Assembly (NCBI GenBank): GCA_964016885.1
Contig: OZ024740.1
Coordinates: 226,300,001 to 226,364,000, forward strand
Reading direction: 5' to 3'
Source of the DNA: Eledone cirrhosa
Taxonomy: Eukaryota
DNA: 64,000 nt
Both the position numbers and the translations under genes were made by a program. This document shows positions 41,744 to 55,674 of the stretch, one piece after another (the first letter of the stretch is position 1; each line of letters begins with the position of its first letter). The notes under the pieces were generated by a model that was not told where the DNA came from, did not search any database, and saw only the letters and a program-made list of their open reading frames with translations.

Positions 41744-42662
41744 ATACTTTGGGAGGGTCATGTTGCCAATAAGAAACACACGCACCAGTTGCTTTCACTT
41801 CAATTTATTATATATTTATAAATTTATAAATTTACAAATCTACAAACTTACAAATTATAAATTTCTGGTTGGTTGGTTCCACAACCAGATAGTTGTTTAT
41901 ATATATAGTCATAGTCCTTTCGTCACACACTCTGTGACCTCTTCAGTGACTGGGGATTCCTTTCTTCGTTTCTGTGCCTTTTCTTTCTTCTATTTTACGC
42001 CATTTTGTTTCTGTGTGTGTGTTGTGTGCTCAGTTTGCGCATGTGCCACATCCGGGTGTCTGTGTGTGTTTGTGTTCATTTTTCTATTTGTTTATTTATT
42101 TATTGTTGGACAAAATGAAAACACACACACACATAGAACAAACAACTTACAATTGAAAACACACACAAAATGAAAACACACACAGGACAAAATGAAAACA
42201 CACACACACATAGAACAAACAACCAACCAACAATAAATAAATAAACAAATAGAAAAATGAACACAAACACACACAGACACCCGGATGTGGCACATGCGCA
42301 AACTGAGCACACAACACACACACAGAAACAAAATGGCGTAGGATAGAAGAAAGAAAAGGCACAGAAACGAAGAAAGGAATCCCCAGTCACTGAAGAGGTC
42401 ACAGAGTGTGTGACGAAAGGACTATGACTATATATATAAACAACTATCTGGTTGTGGAACCAACCAACCAACCAGAAATTTATAATTTGTAAGTTTGTAG
42501 ATTTGTAAATTTATAAATTTATAAATATATAATAAATTGAAGTGAAAGCAACTGGTGCGTGTGTTTCTTATTGGCAACATGACCCTACCAAAGTATAACA
42601 ATATCGGTTTCAACACACGATTTCAGATAAAGAATCTTGCTAAACAAATTCAGAAACGAAAT
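41737..42662. mobile_element. ORF-less fold-back PLE derivative (two inverted pLTRs) with an HHR in each arm (41907-41951 minus, 42385-42429 plus)
   Basis: Arms ~41737-42107 and ~42230-42603 are nearly identical; same family as 27388-29350; AGTCA-CTGAAGAG-GTCAC/GTGAC-GAAA-GGAC-TA-TGACT. Confidence 0.85.
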
Positions 42663-42773
42663 ATATATATATATATATATAACCAAAGATTAATATGGTT
42701 CATTGATTACTCAATGAATATAGTTTTACAATAGATTAAAAGCACTCTACAGTGGGGTTTTCTGGAGTTATTA

Positions 42774-43755
<982 letters not shown>

Positions 43756-43910
43756 TATCCCGGGTTCAAACGAGGTAACTATAGTAAGTAAGGTACTCAA
43801 TACATATCAGAGTAGAAATTTTAAATATAGAAATGGCTTCTACAAGGCTTTCCTGATGACTTCTTTCGAATGAAACAGTTATAGTCTTATAGAAGCCATT
43901 TCTTTTTTGA
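43756..43910 (+). mobile_element. Short HHR-bearing module (HHR 43829-43903), inverted relative to 40526-40710
   Basis: agaaatggcttctacaa..CTGATGA-cttc-tttc-gaat-GAAA-CAGTTATAG-TC-ttatagaagccatttct. Confidence 0.68.
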
Positions 43911-44326
43911 ATATATATATAAATTTAAAAAATATATATATATATTCTGTTTACATGCCAACACAAGAGCAACAATGAGGGGCTCATTCTACTGACATGG
44001 CTTTAAAAATGAGGCTTGTTTGCATAATTGCAAATGAATCGAATATTATTATTAATATTCGAAAAACTTTGATTACATTTATATATATATATATATAAAT
44101 GTAAGTATGTATGTATGTATACGTACATACATATATGTATACAGACGTAGAGTAGTATGTATATATATACATACATGCACACATATATATATATATGCAT
44201 GTATCGGTTTACGGAACATTTATTATAATGCTCGGTTTGTTTGTTTGTAAACAAACAAACAGCCCAAATTACGCCGTACAGTGTTTAGGCAACCACGTCA
44301 CCTTTTTGTTCAACACTGACACAGGA

Positions 44327-44369
44327 ACGATTTACTAGTTTCAAGCTTATTAGCTATCGTCAGCATCGT
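44327..44369 (-). ncRNA. Minimal type I hammerhead ribozyme
   Basis: ACGATg-CTGACGA-tAGCT-aata-AGCTt-GAAA-CTAG-TA-aATCGT. Confidence 0.65.
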
Positions 44370-44488
44370 ATACCTTCCTGCCAGATGGTTGAACATCTGA
44401 AAGTATATACTTTCCTTATGCATATTAACGGCTGAGCAGCCTAATTTGCATAGCGAGTGAGTTCAGTCGGCTGAACACGATAAATGGA

Positions 44489-44560
<72 letters not shown>

Positions 44561-45232
44561 GAAAAAAAAAAATATATATATATACACACACACAAATATA
44601 TGTATATGGGGAGGTGTATGAGTATTTGCGCATATGTATAATCTTTTTATATATTTTATCACATTTTTGTAGCAAATCATAATTACATAATATACTCTGA
44701 AGAAAGAATTTTTTTACAACCTACATCATTTCAGAACTCTACCAGTCATTACAATTTATTTTTCACCCAACTTAATTCACTGCCTTCATACAGCATATCA
44801 TCCTTTTACTACTTCAATATACATCTCTCTTTCAGAATCTTTTATATTTAAGTGGACAATTTTGCAGATTATACACTGCTCTGAACTAGGTGTAGAGTCT
44901 GTCACCCTCTACCCTTCCCTTTTGTTTAGTAGTTCTTTCTCTTCCCCCTCCTTTACCTCTCATTTATGGCATTTATAGTCCTTTCCAATACTGCTTTCTT
45001 TTTCTCTATATTTTCCAGATATATTATTAAATATATAATTTTTTATATAATTTCTTTGACGTTTTCATATCATCTTTTTCTTTTTCATATACTTAATCTT
45101 TATAAAATTTATATTCTCTAACAAAGTAAAAACACATTACTCAATTAAACATATGTTTGTTCCCCATCTTAGCATCCAATCAGCCTCCTGGTAGGACCCA
45201 GTGATAAACTTAAACAATATATATATATATAT

Positions 45233-45577
45233 GGAGGCACATGGCTTAGTGGTTAGAGCATTGGCCTTGCAATCGAGAGGTTGTGAGTTCAATTTTCAGA
45301 CCGGGTGATGTGTTGTTTCCTTGAGCAAGACACTTTATTTCACATTGCTCCAGTTTACTCAGCTGTAGAAATGAGATGATAGGGACTGGGGTCCCTCTCA
45401 TTCCACTGCAAAGAGGTCATGGAGGTGCCAGGGCAAAAAAGCACCCAGCACTCACTGTAAATGAGGTTGGTGTTAGGAAGAGCATCCATCTGTAGAAATC
45501 AAGCCAGAATCAGTTCCTGTCCCACCCTTGCAAGCAGGGAAAAGCGGACGTAAAATGATGATGATGATGATGATGAT
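45233..45577 (+). mobile_element. Full-length CORE-type tRNA SINE (family A) with RTE tail, inserted in (TA)n
   Basis: A box TGGCTTAGTGG, B box GAGTTCAATT; CORE-like ccttgagcaagacacttt...ctcagctgtagaaatg; tail cccacccttgcaagcagggaaaagcggacgtaaaatgatgat. Confidence 0.9.
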
Positions 45578-46234
45578 ATATATATATATATATATATATA
45601 CTAATTGTACTTGATCTAACATTTATACCATCCAAGTATCAGAAATGAGAAACTCTGAGTAATGACTATTGAAATTTTTAGTTTAAAAGAAATATGAGAA
45701 ATTAAATAATACATTGTGTACATCATTTCTCCTTTTAGTTTCATGATTTTTGCGATATATCAATATATGATCATCATCGTTTTTACGTCCACTTTTCCAT
45801 GCTTGCATATATTCATTTTATTAAGCTTAAATAGGGAGTCTCGTTACTCTGGAGTTTCATCTGTTTATCACATGATCATCAGACAAGGGTTCCTGTGATA
45901 AAAAGATAGTGAATATATAAATTGTTTAAAATTAGGAAATGAAAATATATTTGTGCATGTAGCTGATGGTCAGTTAGATGGAGTTATTTAGTGTCTTCAT
46001 CATAGCCTATATACACACACATATTTACAAGTAATTGTATGTAAACACATTCATCTTTACATACATACATACATACACACACACAATATCTGCCTCTAAG
46101 TTTTGATTATTGCTATCCTTTGATTTTTTTCTCATACGTGGGTTGTATGAACATGACGTTTTAGCCCTCCATATGCTGCAGGGGGAAAAAAATCTATGTT
46201 TAATTCAACAGTCGTGAAAGTTTTTTAGATCAAG

Positions 46235-46425
46235 TGATATCTGTGCTTGAAGCTTTTTTAAGTGAAGAAAGACCTTGAACTGAACCAATCCCACTATCTG
46301 AATAGTGGCAACAGATATCCAAAACGAGAAGGTCAACATCATTGGTTGCCAATCAATTGCAAGTTTCATAGAGTTTTCCTTTTGCAATAATGATGTCCTA
46401 GCAAGAATTAAAGGTCTCTCACTCA
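46235..46425 (-). mobile_element. Old fragment of an RTE 5'-UTR-like repeat (family of 53150-53645 and 58400-58855)
   Basis: ctgtgcttgaagcttttttaagtga..ccaatcccact..tcattgg..agagttttcc shared among the three copies. Confidence 0.6.
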
Positions 46426-46811
46426 CCTGGACTAACCGCAAACTTGAGCATCAAACTGTGTATTTCCATGTCCTCAAACATACATAAATACATACATACA
46501 CACACAAACACACACACACATCTAACATCAAACTGCAGTTTACTTGAAACAGTGTGAAAGATGAAGAAAATAGGGTATTTTTTTTAGAGAGCTACAGCAA
46601 TTCAAATAGGTCATTAAATTTTTTAAATAATAATAACAAGTTTATTGGAATATCACATTGGAAGTGTTTAATGAATGGATTTTATCCCCAAATATTAAAA
46701 CTACTTAAACACCTCCAAGTTAACATACCAAAAATGTTGTTGTTGTTTGTAACTTTTAATATCCTAAATTGCATTACTGTAGCCCTCAACAAACACATTA
46801 TCGTTTACATA

Positions 46812-47126
46812 TATGAGAGTGAGCTGAAAAGTTCTTCGACTGACTTTGAAGGAGTTATTGCTAGAGCTGCAAAATCTTGCATGCATTAATTTCAACTCTT
46901 ATTATTAATAATTGCATTGTTTCTTTCCAGGGATTATGTTGAAAAATAAAGGCTGACCAAGATACTCTCATGGAATTACCAAATGAGGTTTATTTTTCAG
47001 CATAGTCTCTAGAAATATACAATGCAGTTATTAATAAGAAGAATTGAAATTAATGCATGCAATATTTCACAGCTCTAGCATCATTCCTTCACAGTTAGCC
47101 TATGAACGTTTCAGCCCACTCTCATA
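46812..47126. mobile_element. Mariner-like MITE with ~135-bp inverted arms and TA ends
   Basis: tatgagagtgagctgaaaagttc ... gaacgtttcagcccactctcata; the arms extend nearly to the centre. Confidence 0.8.
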
Positions 47127-47609
47127 GTAACCCCTTAATGATTTAAAATATGTGTACTCCTTAAATATATAACAAAGCCCATGTAAAATATTTGAACTAA
47201 AAATGTATAAATTGCTAATTACATGCCTTAAGTATTTGCCTGTTTCATAGCTACACTTGCTTGTTGAAATAGACTCATAATTAGGATAACTGGGCTTAAC
47301 TCTTTAATGTGGAAAATATATTTTGGTGAGTATTTTTATGGCTATTGTGTAATAAATTTAATAAAATCCTCTTTTATTGCATGACATAAGCTGTACACAT
47401 AGAATATTATATAACTTCACAATAACTTTTAGATTTATGATCAGAATCCCTGTCAAAATCAATATCAGAAATTGCTATCATCAAATCAAATATTATATTT
47501 TATGACATCAAAAATAATTGTATGTAATATGGGAAGTTGCATGATACTGAACAGTAAGGAGATGGCACCATAGGTGGAATAAACCATATCAACTCATAAG
47601 ATGAATAAT

Positions 47610-47789
47610 TGTTTCTACTTTAGGCACAAGGCCAGCAATTACCCAGTGCATTACTGGTACTTTATTTTATCGACCCCGTAAGGATGAAAGGCAAAGTCAA
47701 CCTCGGCGGGATTTGAACTCAGATCGTAAAGGGACGTAACTCTATGCTGGAAAGCATGGCGTCCGACCCTCTATCGATACTGCCAATCC
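47610..47789 (-). mobile_element. Nin/Deu-like tRNA SINE with perfect 18-bp TSD
   Basis: TSD actcataagatgaataat at 47592-47609 and 47790-47807. Confidence 0.9.
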
Positions 47790-48807
47790 ACTCATAAGAT
47801 GAATAATGCCTGTCAGTGAGCATATTTAAGATAGATGCTGGATATCAGATTTTTGTAATAATGGTCTAAACTATATTTTGTAGATGAGGTTTAATAAAAC
47901 CAAAGCATGCCAAGATTAAACTCACTCTGGAATCCTAGTTTGAATTACCTTATTTGATGGCTTCTAAGACTCACTTCAATTTGCAGGCATTCAAAAATAA
48001 ATAATTAACTGCGTTTAAACTATGAATGTCAGGTGAATGGTATTAAGTTTGTAAATCGTTTTTTTTTTATCATTCAACATTATAATTCTAGTTGTAATAT
48101 TTTAGTAATTTTTTAAAACATAAAGTAATGTGAAAATAAATTTACTTTATTCTCTTCATAGTATTTTTTGTGAAATATTTAGTAAATTTTTAAAACAAAA
48201 GAAAGAGAAAATAAATTTATTTTATTCATCCTAAAATTTATTAAAATTGTAGCTTTTTTAAAAAAAGAGTTGCCATTGTTGGTGTAGAAGTGATCACCAC
48301 CTTCTTTACATTTGCAGAGATGTTCTCAATTTAATTTAAGAGCCACTACAGCACTTGAACTCCACTTGCCAGTAACTCAATCTGACCCATGACCTTATAA
48401 AATGCAGGGTGATTTTCTGGGGCATTTTTTTTAAAAAGAAGTGCATCTTATAAGCTGTCAAATACAGTTATTTTTATTTATTCAGATTCTAAGTTTATTT
48501 CCCCTAACTTTCTAATACCAGCAAATGTAGTTTGAGGTGAACCTTATTTGTTACCCAGGTTTCTCTCATTAGGAACTTCATTGTATTGTCTACTGGATTA
48601 GTAAAGGTCACTGACTAGTTTCATAACCCTCCACTCCATGATCATTAAAGCATCACAAAGTATCTTAGCTTAATGAAATGATTCAAAGTAAAAATGTATT
48701 AGAATTTCATTGCCCTCTCTGGAGCTCAACATACCCAGCTAAAATAAAGCACTTATTGACCGTGCAGCCTTTTAGTGTCTTCAATTCCTACAGATGCTTT
48801 TGTTTTG

Positions 48808-48955
48808 TTTTATTTTTATTTTTATTTTTATTTTTATTTTTATTTTTATTTTTATTTTTATTTTTATTTTTATTTTTATTTTTATTTTTATTTTTATTTT
48901 TATTTTTATTTTTATTTTTATTTTTATTTTTATTTTTATTTTTATTTTTATTTTT
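48808..48955. repeat. (TTTTTA)n hexanucleotide microsatellite
   Basis: Direct reading. Confidence 0.95.
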
Positions 48956-49029
48956 GTCTGGAGGAAAGGGTTGTCTCATGGTTTTCCCAGACCCTCTGAG
49001 ATTGATGTCATTATCATTGTAAATTGATG

Positions 49030-49560
49030 ACTGCAGGGAAGATATGTGTATGGAAGGAATTCCAGAGAATGTCTATTTCTTGTAGTTAGTGTGGACCTTA
49101 GCGGTACTGGTCACAATATGAGTGATGAGCTAAGTGAGTTGAGAGTGTTGGGTCAAAGTGACATGAGATCAACTAGCTCTATAGAGCAGAGGCCATTTAG
49201 TAATGGTAGAAAAGATAGAGAGAAGAGAAAGCACACCTGTGAGCCAGAGGCTGGCGTGTGGTTGAGAGTGATTTTATGCTGATATTTAAGTGACATTTCT
49301 CTAGATATTGAATGGAAAATCTGTGTGAGTTTGTTACTACAAACCCATCCCAGATGTAGTAGCAGTACTTTATTATAGGCCTCATCTGAGCATTGTAGAT
49401 GTTTGATGATTTATAGAGCCTAAAGTATTTTCTGGTTATGAAGAGAAAGACCAGTCATGTCCTCCAAAGTAATAATCTTTAGCATTTGAAGTGATTGCAA
49501 GGACTCTAGTTATATGCTACTCAGGTTTAAAGAGGTAGGGTGATGTAAGGGGCAATAGTC
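49030..49560 (-). mobile_element. Degraded CR1/L2-like LINE 3' fragment
   Basis: Minus strand AQMRPIIKYCYYIWDG and PLAHRCAFSSLYLFYHY resemble CR1/L2 RT C-terminal motifs. Confidence 0.55.
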
Positions 49561-49639
49561 TCTTTATTATTATGAGCAGTAATTGATGTATGTGTTGGTC
49601 CATCTTTCTATATGCATGTGAATATTAGATCTTGATCAC

Positions 49640-50049
49640 CAAACTGCAAAGAAATATCCAAACAGCAAAAATGAGATGCTATAGACAAATCCTGGGAATG
49701 TCCTACACAGAACACATCATGAACGGGAAGGTCTCGAAAAGAATCACCCAGCACATGTGTCACATTGAAGGTCTACTACCACAGTGAAGAGGAGGAAGTT
49801 GAGGTGGTATGGACATGTAACAAGATCAGACTCTCCAAGACAATTCTCCAAGGAACTGTATGGGGAAAGAGAAGGTGAAGCAGACAAAAGAAGCAGTGGA
49901 CAGATAACATAGCAGAGTGGACGGGACAGAACTTTGCCACAACGCAAGCACTCACCCATGACTGACAGAGATGGAGGCATTTGGTGCGTTGTTCAAAACT
50001 GCAGTGTTTCAATGCTACCAAAGGATTAAGGGACCATGATGATGATAAT
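49640..50049 (+). mobile_element. Degraded RTE 3' fragment (different family)
   Basis: EMRCYRQILG..LLTTVKRRKLRWYGHVTRS..TILQGT..RQKKQWTDNIAEWTG; (GAT)n tail. Confidence 0.75.
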
Positions 50050-50235
50050 TGTTTCTACTTTAGGCACAAGGCCAGCAATTACCCAGTGCATTACTGGTAC
50101 TTTATTTTATAGACCCCGTAAAGATGAAAGGCAAAGTCAACCTCGGCGGGATTTGAACTCAGATCGTAAAGGGACATAACTATGCTGGAAAACATGGCGT
50201 CTGACCTTCTACCGATACTGCCAATCCACCGCCCT
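50050..50235 (-). mobile_element. Nin/Deu-like tRNA SINE with perfect 19-bp TSD, inserted in the RTE tail
   Basis: TSD ggaccatgatgatgataat at 50031-50049 and 50236-50254. Confidence 0.9.
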
Positions 50236-50793
50236 GGACCATGATGATGATAATGAATTGTGGTTTGTCGTTTAAATATGAACACTGACAATTGTGAGGT
50301 TTTTTATGCTACTACTAGGGTCAGTGTTAGGCGAGTTGGTTTAAAAAGCATTAACATGCTAACTGCTTATTGATTAAAATAAACTACATCTTTTATCATA
50401 TTAATTAAATGATAAGGCTACCAACGTGGCCCCTAAAACTTTAAAACATTTACTTACAAAATATGCAAAGATATTTTACAAGCCATGTATAGAATTTAAA
50501 ATTCATCAATAGTGTGGGGTATAAATCAAATTTAAGTTTTTTTACTTGACATATAAAGTTTTGATAACAGTTTAAGAATAATAAGAATGTTTTCTGTGAT
50601 GGGACATAATTTTAGGTGCCAAATTTAACTTGGTAACTTAACTTAGTTTTATAACTTAAAAACATTTTGTCTCATTGATTACATTATCTACACTTCCCTG
50701 GCATAGGAATTCTGCTACCTAACTAACCAGACAACATAACTGCTCTCAAACCAAACTGATCAAGATATATCTGCATCAATACATCACTTAAAC

Positions 50794-50995
50794 ATACAAG
50801 GGAAGGCTGAAATATTAATGTCTGACTATGAAGGAGTGATGCTAGAGCTGTGAAATGTTGTATGCATTAATTTCAACTCTTCTTATTAATAACTGCATTG
50901 TTTCTTTCTAGGGACTATGTTGAAAAATAAATCTCATTTGGTCGTTCCATGAGAGTATCTTGGTCAGCCTATGAACTTTTTAGCCAACCCTCATA
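50794..50995. mobile_element. Short form of the mariner-like MITE
   Basis: One arm of 46812-47126, the inverted centre and a ~30-bp terminal repeat (tatgaactttttagccaaccctcata). Confidence 0.7.
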
Positions 50996-51454
50996 TGTTA
51001 AATATTATTGTACATCACCAAGAACTAGATTGTCTATTGCAGTAGTCCTTTTTAATTTATTTCTTGTGGAACCATTATATGAAATTCCAAAAATTGCAGA
51101 ACCCATAACTATATTCTATGGGCAAAATTTTAATAAAATATTAAAAGAAACCAAATCTTTATGTGTATCTACTTTAGAATAGGTAGACAATATCCCTGCA
51201 TGTCATAAAAAGTGACTAAAATGGGTGGTGGAAAACATTTCCTAAAAAAAGACCCCAATGATGAATATGAAATGTATTATTAGGCCTGCTAGGTACCTCT
51301 TCGTGAGGAAGGAAATGGTTTTAAAATGATTGTATTTACATGATGATAATAAATGAAACAATGGCTTTAAAACGATAATATTAAATGAAACAAAAAATGT
51401 TTTAAAGAAAGAATTTATTCATCTAAGAAATTACCATTTTTATTAAAACACAAC

Positions 51455-51690
51455 TGTTGGTAGAGACATGTGATGCATATGGATGATGATTACTGGGTGA
51501 AGAAGTACCATGAAATCCCTGTGGAAGGAAACCACGGTAGAGAAAGACCAAGAAAGAGCTAAACAGAGGTTGTGAGAGCTGATCCCAAATTGCTGAGATT
51601 CACAGAGGAGATGACGAAGGAACATGGCAAGGGAAGAGATGTTTCCTTAAAACATGAAAAAACAGACATAAACATAATGATTATGATGAC
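51455..51690 (+). mobile_element. Degraded RTE 3' fragment
   Basis: gacatgtgatgcatatggatgatgattactgggtgaagaagtacc aligns with 24028-24270. Confidence 0.6.
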
Positions 51691-53149
51691 CCTCATGAAA
51701 CCCCAAAACATTTTGCAGAACACACTTGAAGAAACAATTGTCTGTTAACTCATTAATTTTGTTGATTAACTATTCAAATGAAGATGACAACACCCTACCA
51801 CTGGTTAAATTATACTACAGTCTTCTAGGAAACAAGAGTAATAATACATTACATATCTAGACACATTTACTAGTCTATGCAGAAATCTCCAATCAAAGAA
51901 TTCTATAATTTCTGTATTCCATTTGTTATTATATATATAGATGTTTGCTTGTTCTTTAAAAATAGAACACACACACACAAAGAATTTCTAAATTATCTAA
52001 TACAAACAATATTGCTTTAATTCCTGATTTGCTGTGTACTTAATGGGTCATTACTTATTTATGGATTAAATGATTGAAATATATCTATAAGAGGCGTATA
52101 TGTAGAGATAAATGTGTTGTGTCTGTCTTGTTCATATTCAATAAAAGTGGAGTCATTCTATCTCACACATACTGAAAGTTAATTTGATTAGCAGCAGACT
52201 GTTTATAATTTGACTAAATATCACTTAGCTTTCAGAATCATAAATCATTTCTAAATGTTGATGTTCACTATGAATACAATAATGCCGGTTCTTTATCAGT
52301 GAGAATTCCATTGGTGATTGAAAGCATGCCCCATATGTTCTATCAGTTTATAAGTAGAACAGTGTAATACATTAATAGATGCTGACTCAGTACGATCATT
52401 TAGTAGAATTAATACATGGAAACTTTGAACCAATTTAATTAATTATTGTATTTCACACCAGATGTTTCCTCTTTCTCCTGAAAGTCAATACAGTATCATG
52501 TAACCAGCTAAGCGGTTGACAGTTAAACTCCTGTCATTCACACTGCATGTATCCACTTAAATCTCAACGGCTATATCTAATAGCTCAAAGTAAAGCACAT
52601 GACTATATAAAGTACTGATGTAAACTACATTATAATAAATTATTTGTTTATTTGCAAGTCTATGTTCAATTTTAACTTTGGTAAATTTACTTGCAACAGA
52701 CTATGCCTCCATCTAGGGGAAGATTTGAATGCTAAGTGTGCAATCCCAATATTGGGTGTTCACAGAATAATCACAGAAAAGTAATATGCATCAAACACTG
52801 AAGAGAAGATATGAATGTATGAACCTAACAAAAATCACCATTACCAAAGAACTCAGGCGAAAGCAACATTATAAAATTATTGTTGATTTGTGCTGAAAGT
52901 AGTGTAAATAATAGTAGTAAATAGGGAGCATTTTATCATGGAACCAGCACTAGTCAGGTTATTGATTTGACTGAAGTGCTGCTCCTATCCTATGTTATTA
53001 CCAGTTGAATCTTAAACCATTTCCCACACACACTTACACACCCATATATTTATATACATACATAAATACATACATACGTGCATACATACATATATTTATA
53101 CATGATCGCTGCAACTTGATTTCGAGTAATGCCATTTCTTGATACTTAA

Positions 53150-53645
53150 GCATGAGCATCATGTACATGTCTTTTTAGTCCTGCTAGAGATTTGCTTATG
53201 ACCAGCAATGCCATGCATCACAAAAAAATGTCACATATCAAACAATGCCTGTGCTTGAAGCTTTTTTTAAGTGAGGAAAATATTTGTATGGAGCCAATCC
53301 CACTCTCTGAACATCAAATGCATTTACCCAAAAAGAAGAACTAGTCTATATCATTGGATGCAAACAATGTCACAGGTTTTATACCAGAGTGACCTTCTAG
53401 AGAGATGCCTTAATGAAGACTAGAAGTCTCTCGCTCCACAAATAAAAAGGAAATTCTTTATTGGATGGCTGTTAACTCTCTTGAGTTTCTCTTCCCTTTG
53501 ACAGGTTTTGTTTTTTATCCCACATGGTGTTCAGAATCACCCTCCTCACCAAGCAAGCTTGTCAGGTTGCTCTTCAGCACTACTAGTAACATGTAACCCA
53601 ATACAACCTGTGCATGGTTGGGTTGTTGGCGACTAAACTGGTAAC
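53150..53645 (-). mobile_element. RTE 5'-UTR-like repeat with an inverted 5' cassette
   Basis: 53150-53569 is the reverse complement of ~58476-58850, while 53578-53645 matches 58413-58481 in the same orientation. Confidence 0.65.
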
Positions 53646-54160
53646 ATACATATGTGTATATAAATAATGGGTTTGGAGGACCCTACAGCTGTATCAAAGA
53701 TGGAAGAACCTTTTAGTGGTGGTGTCATGAAATGTACCCAACAGATCACAGGACAGTATGTAAGTAAAGTGCAGGCTCCCAGCCCAACTGGGGGGGGGGG
53801 GGGTCTTAACCCCACTTGAGTACTGATTCAGCCTATGGAGACCTAACCAACACTTGCTAGCAGGGAAAACAGGCATTATTTGCTGACGACGATGATTATA
53901 TATACACACATATATACATATATATATATATAGCAATTAAAACATCCCAACACAGAGGGTGCACTTCATTTTGGCTTTGAATGCCAGCCAAATTGGAGTA
54001 AGCCCTCCATTAGGATTTTACTCATTACTATACCAACTCTTTACTTAAACATATACCCAGTACTACCCTCAACTGTCATCTTCTCAGCCTCCATACCATG
54101 AACACTTCATATATATATGTGTGTGTTTGAGATAAAAATCTTTATTTGCATAATATTCTA

Positions 54161-55341
54161 TCATCATCACCATCATCATCATCGTTTAACGTCCGTGTTC
54201 CACGCTTGCATGGGTTTGGACGGCAGTTTTCCCACTTGAGGCAAGAGTGATTGTCTTGCTCGCATAGGACTGTCTGGCAGGTTTTCTACAGCTGGATTCC
54301 CTTCCTAACACCAACCACATTTACAGTGTGGGACTGGGAGGTTTTTACCGTGTTGCCTACACGGCCACATTACAGCGTGGACTGTGTGTTTTTTGTTGTG
54401 ACACCTACACGATCTCAATTGTTTCGGCCTGGATGTTGTGGCACCAACATAACTTTACATTGAAAGGGGCGGTGTGGATGGGGTGGGGGTGGTGGGACGG
54501 GGGTGTATTTTGTTAGAGATGCCTACTGACTGTAGTAGGTTTTACTTTGTATTTAGGTAAGGCGGGTCTTCTCTATTACTGAGTACCGTCAAAGGTCTCG
54601 GTCCAGTGACATTGTCTTGGAGAGGTGTAAGTGTGTGAGGTCGGAATTTATCAGCTCGTCCCGGGTTTTTCTGGGTCTGCCTACTCCGTAGCTACCGTCT
54701 ATCTTTATTGCCCTGCACTTTGTTATACAGCTGTCGTCTTTCATGCGCATCACGTGACCATACCAACGTAGCCTTCTCTCGAGTAAACAACATCTGATCC
54801 CTCTTATTTCTAATTTTTTCCTTAGTTCGTTTATGCTTTGCGTTCATGTATATTACTATTACACATCCAGCGGAGCATGCAAGCTTCGTTCCTCTCTAGT
54901 CTGCGTATATCCTCTGCACACAATGCCCAGGTCTCACTGCCATGCAACATTGCTGTTCGTATGCAGGCATCATACAGCCTGCCTTTCATTTTTAGGGAGA
55001 ACCCTTTAGTGGCTAATAGTGGTATAAGCTCTCTGAACTTTTTCCATCCAGTTCTGACTCTAGCTACTGTACTTTCAGAGCACCCTCTCCCACTGCTGAT
55101 CATGTCACCCAGGTAACGGAAGCTGTCCACTATTTCTATAGAACCCTCTGCGCAATTGAAAGAGCTAGTATTTTGGTGGGCACTTGCTGCTACTTATTGC
55201 ACCAGAGCACCGGCCACATGTAAAATTTATGTTCTTAGTTAGCTTACCTGTGATCCCACTACATCTTTTATGCACCCATACTTTGCATTTGGGACATAAA
55301 ATGGAGTTTCTACCTACGCCTTTCCTACACACTGAGCCACA
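54161..55341 (-). mobile_element. 5'-truncated RTE LINE (second PHD-finger family) with 3' UTR and (ATG)n tail
   Basis: SVCRKG..CPKCKVWVHKRC..CGRC; DSFRYLG, MLHGSETW, LRWYGHVMRM, GVGRPRKT. Confidence 0.88.
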
Positions 55342-55674
55342 TTCTATGTAGTATGCAACTTATTTATGGAAAATATTGATATTTTAAATACGAAAAAAAA
55401 ATAGTAATATTTTAAATAAGCAACTTATTTATGAAAAATAGTAATATTTATCTACAATAATGGTTCATTTTAATTTAATTCAATTTTTTTAAGTTATTGT
55501 GTTTTGGGGGGTGATAATTGCTGGCCTTGTGCCAAAAGTAGAAGCAGTTATTTTCATTGATTCTGTAGTTAGGTAGGGTTACATAAAGGAAAAACAAATA
55601 TATGCATGTGTGTGAATGTATTTATATGAGTGTGTGCATTTATTTTTGTATGTGTGTGTATATATATATACCCA

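Noticed and set aside
45233-45303. tRNA gene
   Set aside because: A and B boxes are present, but no complete cloverleaf forms and it continues into the SINE core; multiple diverged copies.
52220-52305. Minus-strand CTGATAA..AGAA/TTCT..GAAAGCTA hammerhead-like motif
   Set aside because: Core mismatch and stem I out of register; too degenerate to call.
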